DNA of 63,376 bases, counting the filler, from Pirum gemmata (Eukaryota), in assembly GCA_002812295.1 (NCBI GenBank). It is 13 parts of 13 records of this genome, joined end to end, with 100 filler letters (N's around TTAATTAATTAA, not from the genome) between each part and the next. Parts side by side here need not be neighbours in the genome. Positions count along the whole stretch, not along the records: positions 32,701 to 36,831 come from PDIN01001474.1; positions 36,932 to 41,070 come from PDIN01001475.1; positions 41,171 to 45,322 come from PDIN01001476.1; positions 45,423 to 52,783 come from PDIN01001477.1; 9 more parts are not named here. One strand, 5' to 3'. Shown piece by piece: positions 36,409 through 47,936 of this stretch. The translations under genes and the position numbers were made by a program. Within the stretch, counting starts at the first letter, position 1; each line of letters opens with the position of its first letter. Under the pieces are notes generated by a model. That model had not been told where the DNA came from, searched no databases, and was given only the letters and a program-made list of their open reading frames with translations.

Positions 36409-39320
36409 CAAGCCGGATAGAACTGAAGAAAGCATTTTATTTTTTAGAATTCTTTTCTAAAACCTTTAATGCTAACTAGCCAAATTACTTTTAAAAACTA
36501 GCCATTGGTTCATAATAGAGTTTTATTAACCACACAATTTCTCAAACTTTGGTAGTACTTTTATTGAAATTAGATCATTTTGAGATTTTTGGATTTATGA
36601 CGGATGTCGATATTTTTATCCGGCTTGGTAATAGCAAAAAAAACGGTTATTTTCTACATATAGATATATCATAGGTTCCAATAATAGGTTCTGGATTTTT
36701 TTTTTTAATAAATATAGACTCTGCTATTTTAGGTAAAAAATAGCAAGAAAACTAATTCCAATTAGCCCACTGATAACCACCAGATGTGGGTTTTTTCAGT
36801 CACATATAAAAATAATAACAATAATAATAATNNNNNNNNNNNNNNNNNNNNNNNNNNNNNNNNNNNNNNNNNNNNTTAATTAATTAANNNNNNNNNNNNN
36901 NNNNNNNNNNNNNNNNNNNNNNNNNNNNNNNTTTATTTATTTATTTGTGGGAATAAGTGAGTACTTTGTGGTTAGGGTCAGGGTTAGGGTTCGGATTATG
37001 ACTACGTCTCTCCAATAGTTGCATGTTCGAAAAAAAATAACTTCTGAGTTTTTTTTTTTTTTTCAACAGAACTCACACATTTACGTTATACATTTTCTCT
37101 CTATATGTATATAGTAAAAAAACAGTTATTTTCGCCGCGAAAATAACTGTTTTTTTACTATATGATATATATATGTATAATTGTGCTTTTCGTTTATTTT
37201 GTCACTCTGAATATTTATTTGGTAGGTTATAACCTTTAAATTGACATTTTTAAATGAATAAATAAATAATAAAATATACCAAATTAAACTAAATGGATTT
37301 ATATTGTATTAGTTTGGTACTTTATGATGACAAAACCACTGAAAAGCACTATAATAATATCGAAATTTTTTTGAGAAATTTTGAACTTATTTATTATCAC
37401 AATTATGATAATAGTATACGTAATAGTAATCTAGTAATTATATTAGTATATTATTTTTGTGGAAGTATTAAATTTTCTTGGTTAACAGTAGTTATAAGTT
37501 GTTGAAATTGGGCAAGGGGAATATAATATTTATTAATTAAATCAAGCAAACCCTAACCCTAACCCTAACCTTTCCTCCTACCAAATCAACAGTTTTTATC
37601 CTGTTTTTCATTTTTATTTTCACTCTGATTATTTATTTGGCACTTTAAAAAACGAGGAAATGTTAAAAAAAGGCATTCGCTGGTGGCTGACTTAGTTTTA
37701 ATACAATTTTAGAAACGATGGATTGTGCCTTGATTTTGAACGTCTAGGACAAGACCGTCATATCGTTGTCTTCGCCCTTTACAGTAACTTTACTCACTCT
37801 TTACCCCTTCACTAACAAAAAAGATTTTGGAAAACCAATTGCAATGCACATATAAAATCTAAGGCACGCGTTGCACGAAATCTCCAATCTTTTGTAACAT
37901 ATTATATTTTTGAATTATTATGTAAATTGAGGTATTTTGTTATTCTGATTTTTATATTAGATGTTAGTTTTTTAATTCTTAATTGTTCTTTTTTTTTTTA
38001 TTTTCAAAAATATAACAATTATATTTATACATTTTTTACCAATTATTAAAAATCAATATTATCATAATAAAAATGAAATTATAAAACAATCTTAATTAAA
38101 CAAACAATAATTAACCATCTTAATTATTATTATAAACAATTAATTAATAACATATATCATAAAAATCTTCCAATAATCTATTGACACCAAACACTTTGGA
38201 TAACCTTTGGTATTGATTTACGAAATCAGTCAATATAAGCCAATAACTAATTTAAGGTAAAAATTATTTAAATTAGAAATATAATATAAATTAACAAATG
38301 AATTCATTATTATAATATAACAAAACAATCATTCGTTTATTACTACAAATTACTTGATTAGTTTTATAGCAAATCATATGAAATATACAATTTAAATTCT
38401 TAGAAAATAANTCAAAACAAACGTCATTGATAAGAAAAACTTATCAATGAACCAACAATAAATCAATAATATTACCATTTTTTGTAAATATAGTTTCACA
38501 TATCATAAAACAAAATTTTGGTTCTTTTTAATTATCAAATTATTAATAAAAAAATCTACTTTCATTTTTATATATTAATTAACAAATATTATAAAACCAT
38601 TTCTTATTATAATATTTATTAATTAATGAATTTTCAATCAACAAATTAGAATTTCATATAATTGCCTATATTAATAAATAATACAAAATATTTATGTAAC
38701 TTACTCATAATATAAAACTACATATTATTTAAAATATAAAACCACATAATTATTTATACTATATTAATAAATAATATAAATAAATCTTGTTATTAATTGA
38801 TATTTTTTAATTAACTGATTTTTTAACAATAATCATAAATAATATAAAATAAATCCTGTCATTAATTAATTGATATTATTTGATTCTTTATCAATAATCG
38901 ATATATTATATTTATCAAATATATAACATGTTGGAAGTTTCCAGATTTCCAAAAGTTATTGAACATTTATTATTAATATTATTTATAAATAAAAAAAAAT
39001 AAAAATAATAATTTATTAATTAATTAATAATAATAATATATTAGAATATTGTTCTTCTGAACTCCTTGAAAAAAACGGGATGGCGACGTATATATATTTA
39101 TTAAAAGTATGTTATTTACTTAAACCCCATCCTAAAATTCATCCTAAAACGTTTATATTATGATATCCATGTTATAAATAATATAAAATAATTTTTTAAA
39201 AAAAATAACCCATCCCAAAAATAATACTAGTAGCTATCTGATACTACTATACTAGCTTGAACTAGTCTTGAACTCCCCTAGCTAGTTGATAACCTAAAAA
39301 GTTGATAACCCTACTAATAA

Positions 39321-39488
39321 TAACCCTAACCCTAACCTTAACTAACTAACCCTAACCTTAACTAACTAACCCTATCGCTAACCCTAACCTTAACCCTAAC
39401 CCTAACCCTAACCCTATCGCTAACCCTAACCCTAACCCTAACCCTAACCCTAACCCTAACCCTAACCCTAACCCTAACCCTAACCCTA
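39321..39488 (-). repeat. Interstitial telomeric-type array (CCCTAA)n
   Basis: Direct reading; unique sequence on both sides. Confidence 0.95.
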
Positions 39489-40410
39489 AAATAATAATAA
39501 TAAGAGAATTTGAATTTTGATCTGAGAATTTGATGATATGAATAAATAAATACTGATTTACTACTGGCTAATACCTGACACAGTCAGCAATCAGTATTAT
39601 AGGGCCAATACAGGTTAGGTATTACAGGCACCTGGTAGTCTAAAAAAGGCTCTTTTTTTTAAAAAAAAGGGTTTAAAAATAGCATCCAATCATAACTCTT
39701 AAAATTGACAAAAGACTAAACTAAAAAAGTAACAATAATAAAAATGGAAATACCAAACTTAATAGGTGTGTTTTACCTAAAAAAGAGCTATTTGCCAAAT
39801 ATGTAATCTCGTAAATAGTAATATTGTACAAATAAAGTAATAATATAAATATTAATGGGTGCAAATTTTCTAAATTTGTTAGTATTAACAATTTGTAATT
39901 TTGTTACAAATTTGTAGTTTTTGTACTGACAATTTGTAATTTTGTATTACTTTGCCCTTGCCAAGAGACCTATGCTATTACTTTTCTATGATATAATTAT
40001 AATGTAAACACACTATTGATGTAATAAACACTATAATAATTATTATACATACTAGTAGATTATATACATGTGTATATTTTAAAATATATCTAAAACAAGC
40101 AAAACATCTGTCAAATATAGTATTATTTTTCTATTTTTTTTCTACGATACTGGTATGCTGATACGAAGTCTCTGGTTAGCTATCATAGCTAGCTAGAAGT
40201 ATTACTATGATAGACTTATGATAGCTAGCTACTACTAAGCTAGCTAGCTATACTGGTTGTTGAAGCAGAGAACTTCTTCCTTTTTTTCTTTTTTTGCCAA
40301 AAACAAGTGATAAGATTATTTATAATATTATGAAGAATATCAAAAAAAAAAAAGTAAAAATAGTAGTAAAATAGAATTAGTATAATATAAATACTTCCAA
40401 GGAAAAAAAG

Positions 40411-40936
40411 ATGACTGAAAAACGACCAAAAAAAAGAAAAAAATTAGCAAAAGCAAATTCAATACCAACATTTTGGAAACTTTGTTTTTACGAAACATTC
40501 TTTTTCAACAAAATGTATATCCTCTTTGTTATTTGTGGCGTATCCTTGTACCTGGGTTTAATAAGTTATGCTTGTGACGGTTAGAATTGGTTTTTGTTGT
40601 TTTTGTTGTTTTTGTTGTTTTTGTTGTATTTGATGTTGTTGTTTTTGTTGTTTTTGTTGTTTTTGATGTTGTTGTTTTGTTTTTTATATTGTTTCTGGTG
40701 TGGTGATGGTGTTTTTGTTTTGTTATTGTTTATTTTTGCTCTTATTGTTGTTGCTGTTGTTTGTTACTGTTTGGGGTTTAACCTTGTGTTTAATGATTTT
40801 CCAATTACGTTCGAAAAAAATAGATAAAATCGTTTTGAAGTATATTAGAGAAAAGTATCCTTTACATTATACTGTTCCTTTTATTAAAGAATTGAACGTT
40901 GAGGATGATTTTGATTATAATTGGGATACACTAATG
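40411..40936 (+). CDS. Membrane protein, first two exons (40411-40579, 40824-40936), 3'-partial
   Basis: MTEKRPKKRKK...MYILFVICGVSLYLGLISYACD|DKIVLKYIREKY...; phase-compatible GT-AG intron; basic N-terminus plus TM helix. Confidence 0.65.
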
Positions 40937-41460
40937 GTAATACATTATTCTTTATTTGTTTCTATAATCCCTGTTTATTATCATCATAGTATTTTAATCT
41001 TTAATCGTAAAGTTAAAATCATCTTACCATTGTAAAATCGTTATTATTATTATTATTATTATTAATATTANNNNNNNNNNNNNNNNNNNNNNNNNNNNNN
41101 NNNNNNNNNNNNNNTTAATTAATTAANNNNNNNNNNNNNNNNNNNNNNNNNNNNNNNNNNNNNNNNNNNNAAACTTCTAAAATTATTATTATTACTATTG
41201 TTGAATTTTACATTCCTTATACATACATACAGATATTTCTACAATTTGCTAAAGACCAGAAAGAGGAAGATTAACCCAACTTTCAATGAATCCGAAATGG
41301 TGTGTTTAGTGTAGGCAACACTATATGCAACATGACCATATTACGAAGACTATATATATATATTTATATATATATTAGTGTAGGTAGTTGTAGGTAGTGT
41401 GGTAATAATTCTAATTTTAGAAGTTTTTTTCTGTTTTTGGAATATTTTATCATAACTATA

Positions 41461-41672
41461 GGAAGGTGCGGAAAAAACCATCGAATCGAGACTAGTTCAA
41501 AAGTTTCGAAACTTTTCGATCTAATTTTACGTATTGACTCACTTTTGATCTTGGAAATTTCATAGAAAAAACTTGAAACTCGAAAAAAAAAAAAGAATAA
41601 TATTTCAAAATTGTCACTATTTAATAATTAGGATCGAGCTATTTGATTCGATTATGTTTTCCCGCATCTTCC
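41461..41672. mobile_element. MITE family E (GGAAGGTGCGGAAAAAAC...GTTTTCCCGCATCTTCC)
   Basis: Imperfect TIR. Related copies at ~42404-42622, 60510-60722 and a left end at 42853. Confidence 0.75.
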
Positions 41673-41899
41673 AGTTTAGTTTTGTTATTATTAATAATAA
41701 TCAATAAATCAATAAATCAAAAGAAGTTCAAAAAAAAAACCTCAATCTTCGATTTTTACATACAAAAAATCGTAAAAAAAATGGTTATTGCTATATATGA
41801 ATTTTAATACTTAATCTAACCCTAACCCTAACCCTAACCCTAACCTAAACCCAAGAATCATCATTGATATCATCATTGATATCATCATATTTTTAACAC

Positions 41900-42398
41900 A
41901 TTCTATATACATCATATTATAATGTAATTTTTGTATATTTAACAAGATTTTCAACTCTTTTCTAATTTTAGTTGCTTATTGTCAAAACGATTTCTTGCAA
42001 TTAAACTTTCTATATACATCATACACAATGTAATTTTTGTATATTTAACAAGACTTTTAACTGTTTTCCAATTTTAGTTTCTTATTGCCAAAACACGTTA
42101 ACATTCTATTCATGTGGGTTGTAATTTTCTTGCAATTACACTTTCTATATACATCATATACAATGTAATTTTTGTATATTTAACAAGACTTTTAACTCTT
42201 TTCTAATTTTAGTTTCTTATTGTCAAAACAGGTTCTATTCATGTTGTAATTTTCTTGTAATTACACTTTCCATATACGGTTCTATTCATATCTGTTGTAA
42301 TTTTCTTCTAATTACACTTTCTATATATATCGTATTATAGTGTAATTTTGTATATTTAACAAGATTTTTAACTCTTCTAATTTTAGTTCCTTATTGCC
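41900..42398. repeat. Tandem repeat, ~105-170 bp unit, 4 copies
   Basis: TTCTATATACATCATA..ATGTAATTTTTGTATATTTAACAAGA..AATTTTAGTT..TTATTG recurs four times. Confidence 0.85.
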
Positions 42399-42749
42399 AC
42401 ACAATCGAGTCGAGACTAGTTCGAAGAAATTTCCAAAAAAATTTCGAATCCAATTTTCGAAGTCTTGAACTTTTAAATTTTTAGAATTTTTTTAGGAATT
42501 CTCAGCAATTCAAATATATAGAAAAATACGAAACTCGAAAAAGAATAAAATTCGAAAAATTGTCACCATTTATTAATAGCAATCGAGCAGTTTGATTCGA
42601 TTATGCTTTCCTATTTTCTTCCAATTTAGTTTTGTTGCACAGAGAAAAAAATGAGGTAAGTAACACTAGTTCTTGTCTTTTTTCTAATTATTTCGCATAA
42701 ATTCGCATATGCTCCTTCTCACTAATACTCTGGCAAAACAGTGCAATAA

Positions 42750-42783
<34 letters not shown>

Positions 42784-42852
42784 TGAGACCAGTATCTTTT
42801 ATTAAATAAAAAATTTCGCATGAATAGATCTCTGACTCGGTTTTACTTCATT

Positions 42853-45165
42853 GGGAGAGGCGGAAAAAACTATCAAATCGAGACTAGTTCAAAATTTCGA
42901 AACTTTCTAATCTAATTTTAAGTATTGATTCACTTTTGATTTCATAAATAAATGTATTATTTTTTTTAAAAAAAGAATTTGAATCGAAAGAATAGTTACT
43001 TAATCACCATCACTATCGAATCGAGACTAGTTCGAAATTTCGATTTTTTTCGATCTAATTTTAAGTATTGACTCACTTTTGATTTCATATATATAATAAA
43101 AAAATGTACTATTTTTTTAAAAAAAAAGAATTTAAATCGAAAGAATGGCCACTTAATCACCATCACTATCGAATCGAGACTAGTTCGAAATTTCGAAATT
43201 TTAAGTATTGACTCACTTTTGATTTCATATATATAATAAATGTATTATTTTTTTAAAGAAAAAGAATTTAAATTGAAAGAATGGCCACTTAATCACTATC
43301 ACTATTGTCGAGACTAGTTCGAAATTTAGAAATTTTTCGATCTAATTTTATATTGACTCACTTTTGATTTCATTTATATAATAAATAAATGTATTGTTTT
43401 TTTTTAAAAAAAAAGAATTTAAATCGAAAGATTAGTTACTTAATCACCATCACTATCGGATTGAGACTAGTTCGACATTTCGAAATTTTTCGATTTAATT
43501 TTAAGTATTAACTCACTTTTGATTTCATATATATAATAAATAAATGTATTATTTTTTTTTAAAAAAAAAGAATTTAAATCGAAAGAATAACCAATTAATT
43601 ACTATCACTATTGTCGAGACTAGTTCGAAATTTAGAAATTTTTCTATCTAATTTTAAGTATTGATTCACTATACTACGTCATTATACTACGTCATTATAC
43701 TACGTCATTATACTTCGTCATTATACTACGTCATTATACTACGTCATTATACTACGTCATTATACTAACGTCATTTTAACGTATAGCCTTCGTTTTTTAA
43801 CGTTAAAAAACGAAGGCTGACGTATAGCCTTCGTTTCCAGCCTTCGTTTCCAGCCTTCGTTTTTTAACGTATAGCCTTTGTTTTTTAACGTATAGCCTTC
43901 GTTTTTTTAAAAAAGAATTTAAATCGAAAGAATAGTTACTTAATCACTATCATTCACTATTGTCGAGACTAGTTCAAAATTTCGAAATTTTTTTATCTAA
44001 TTTTAAGTATTGACTCACTTTTGATTTCATTTATATAATAAATGTATTATTTTTTTGAAAAAAAGAATTTAAATCGAAAGAATAGTTACTTAATCACTAT
44101 CACTAATGTCGAGACTAGTTCGAAATTTCGAAATTTTTCGATCTAATTTTAAGTATGGACTCACTTTTGATTTCATTTATATAATAAATAAATGTATTAT
44201 TTTTTTTAAAAAAAGAATTTAAATCGAAAGAATAGTTACTTAATCACGTTCACTATTGTCGATACTAGCTCGAAATTTCGAAATTTTTCGATCTAATTTT
44301 AAGTATTGATTCACTATACTACGTCATTATACTACGTCATTATACTACGTCATTATACTNNNNNNNNNNNNNNNNNNNNNNNNNNNNNNNNNNNNNNNNN
44401 NNNNNNNNNNNNNNNNNNNNNNNNNNNNNNNNNNNNNNNNNNNNNNNNNNNNNNNNNNNNNAAAAAAAGAATTTAAATCGAAAGAATAGTTACTTAATCA
44501 CTATCACTATTGTCGAGACTAGTTCGAAATTTGGAAATTTTTTTATCTAATTTTAAGTATTGACTGACTTTTGATTTCATTTATATAATAAATAAATGTA
44601 TTATTTTTTTTAAAAAAAAAGAATTTAAATCGAAAGAATAGTTACTTAATCACTATCACTATTGTCGACACTAGTTCGAAATTTCGAAATTTTTCGAGCT
44701 AACTTTAAGTATTGACTCACTTTTCATTTATATAATAAATAAATGTATTATTTTTTTTTAAAAAAAAAAGAATTAAATCGAAAGAGTTGAATTTTCGAAT
44801 TTTTTCGATCTAATTTAAAGTATTGACTCACTTTTGATTTCATATATATAATAAATTAATGTATTATTTTTTTTAACTATGATACGATAAAAATGGCGAC
44901 ATCTGCCATATGAGCTCAAAAATCCAGAAAATCTCAAAATGACCAAATTTTAATAAAAGTACTACCAAATTTTAAGAAATCGTCTAACTAAGAAAACTCT
45001 ATTATGAACCAATGGCTAGTTTTTAAAAATAATTAGGCTAGTTAGCATTAAAGGTTTTTAAAAAGAAGTCTAAAAAAAAATGATTTCTAGTTTTATCCGG
45101 CTTGGCTGTTAAAAAAAGAATTTAAATCGAAATAATAGTTACTTAATCACTATCACTATTGTCTA
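42853..45165. repeat. Satellite array, ~135-155 bp unit, at least 12 copies, with embedded 13-bp and ~20-bp minisatellites
   Basis: GAGACTAGTTCGAAATTTCGA..AAGTATTGACTCACTTTTGATTTCAT..AAAGAATTTAAATCGAAAGAAT repeats; (TATACTACGTCAT)n at 43670-43774 and 44315-44359. Confidence 0.95.
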
Positions 45166-47871
45166 GTACGCACAAAAGTTGATCATTTTCCAAAACTGGG
45201 CGCAAATATATTTCCCCTTGCCACTCATCATTTTCCATGTTAATCTTAAAGTGATCATTTTTTTGCATATGGTCTAATAAAGCCTGTCAGAATACACGAG
45301 AAACATTAATAATAATAATAATNNNNNNNNNNNNNNNNNNNNNNNNNNNNNNNNNNNNNNNNNNNNTTAATTAATTAANNNNNNNNNNNNNNNNNNNNNN
45401 NNNNNNNNNNNNNNNNNNNNNNAACAATAACAATAACAATAACAATAATTATAACAATAATAATAATTATAACAATAATAATAATTATAACAATAATAAT
45501 AATAATGATTTTCTTTTGATATTCTCTTCATATTTTCTTTTTCAAAAGGGCCTCGCGGCGTCACGCCAGTCATACTCCATGTTCAATCAAGTTCAGACCA
45601 GAGTTCAAGCTCAATATTATCATATTATTAAAAAGCCCCTTAGTTACGCCGCTATAAACAGCACTATATATAATATATACCAATAGCAAATTAGAAAGAG
45701 CCAAGGCAGAAGGTGAATATTCCTATATATAGTACTAAATATGTATACACCAATAGAAAATTAGGAAGAGCCATAAAAAAAATAGATGATATAACGCTTA
45801 TAACTCGTATTACTCGTAATCGTAATACATAATTCCCTTTTTGAAAAAAGCTGTTGAAAAAAGGCTGGTTTACATAAATTACATTACGGTTTACATTACG
45901 TAACATTGGCTGGTTACATTGGACTCAATATTTGCCTTTTTTGCTAGAATCTTCTTATTGGCTTTTATGTTTCCACAAATATGTTCGCAATTGTTGCTCA
46001 ATTGCCTAGTCGGAACTGTCGGTCGGATTGCTCAAAAAAAATTTATTGAGCAACAGTACAATAATTATGGGATTGCTCAAAAAAAAAAAAAAAAAAATGG
46101 AGCAACACTTAGACTACGGTACTATCGTGCTTGCTTTTCAGTTATTTTGTCATCAAAATATATACAATAACGAGTACCAAATTAATACAATGTAAATCCA
46201 TTTCATTTAATTTGGTATATTTTATTACCTATTTATTCATTTAACAATGTCAATTAAAAAATTATAACCAACCAAATAAATATTCGGAATAACAAAATAA
46301 AAGAAAAGCGCTACACTATCATATCCATACTTACTGTACACCTAGAATTTCTTTTTTTTGAGCAACACATTTTCTTTACCATTACCATTACCATTGCCAT
46401 TAGGAAGAGCCAGTTTTGGGTATAACATCTAGTAGATATAACATAGCCTTAATTAATACCTAGCTAGGTAGGCCTGGTACCTAGCTAGGCCCTGGACAGT
46501 GGCCACTGCGAACTTATGTGTGCGAATACTGGTACTTTTGTAGGTTCAGGAATTTTAAATTTTAAATTATTATTATTATTATTAAATTTCCATTCCTAGC
46601 AATATTAATTTACCACCGCTATTCTATCACTAATAGTATTATGCTTTTCATTTATTTTATCACTCTGAATATTTATTTGGCTGTTTATAATATTTAAATT
46701 GACATTCTTAAATAAATAAATAGATAATAAAATATACCAAATTAAATAAAATGGATTTATATTGTATTAATTTGGTACTCTTTATTGCATATTTTATTAT
46801 GACAAAAAAACTGAAAAGCGTTATAATTATCTTATATCGATAGTAATAATAATCTTGTGATCTATAGTTATCGTTGATAGCTGTAATAGACCCTACAGAT
46901 ATAGACTATAGACCCGTCTAGACTGTGGTCTAGTAGCTAGACTAATAGCTGTAATACAGACTACAGACCCGTCTAGTAGTAGCTAAATAGCTATTGTCGT
47001 ACTGGTCGTTTGTTATCATAAAATATACAATAAATAGTACCAAATTAATACTATATAAATCCATTTTATTTTATTTGGTATATTTTATTATCTATTTATT
47101 CATTTGAAAGTGTCAATTTAAATATTATAACCAATCAAATAACCCTAACCCTAACCCTAACCCTAAATGAAAAGCCCAATGGTTGTAATGAACTGTTATT
47201 ATGATAGCTGTGTCTTTTTTTTTTAATTATTATTATTATTATTTTTTAACTATCATACCGGTACCAAGCCGAATAAAAATGGCAACATCCCACATATGAC
47301 CTCAAAAATCCAAAATCTCAAAATGATCCAATTTTAATGAAAGTGCTACCAAATTTTGAGAAATTGTCAAACTAATAAAACTCTATTATGAACTAATGGC
47401 TAGTTTATAAAAATAATTTGGCTAGTTAGAACTTAGAAGTAAAGGTTTTTAGAAAAGAAGTCTAAAAAAAAAGGATTTCTACAGTTTTATCCGGTTTGGC
47501 TGTTAAAAAATATTAATATTAGTCTATTAATAATAATAATATAACTATAATATATTAATATAGAATATTAATACTAATTAGTTTCAAGAATATTATAGTA
47601 ATAATATTATTATAAATAATATTGTAATTAATATCATATAATGTTATTATAAACTAATTATTAATTAAAATATAGGCTGAAAAATCTATACGAATAGACA
47701 AAAAAGTAGTATAAAACAAAACAAAAAAATAACTTCAAAAAAAAAAAAATAATAATAACATAACAATAAAAACAATTTATCATATTAATAAATAAAAAAT
47801 AATTAATTAAAATACAATCAAATAAAAACAATTTTTTATAAGTAAACACGCAAACAAACAAACAAAACAAA

Positions 47872-47936
<65 letters not shown>

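Noticed and set aside
37650..37900. GC-richer coding-looking block (also 58222-58360)
   Set aside because: No consistent splice sites or recognisable motif.
42853..45165. CRISPR-like array
   Set aside because: Whole units repeat with no unique spacers, there are no cas genes, and the context is eukaryotic; it is a satellite.
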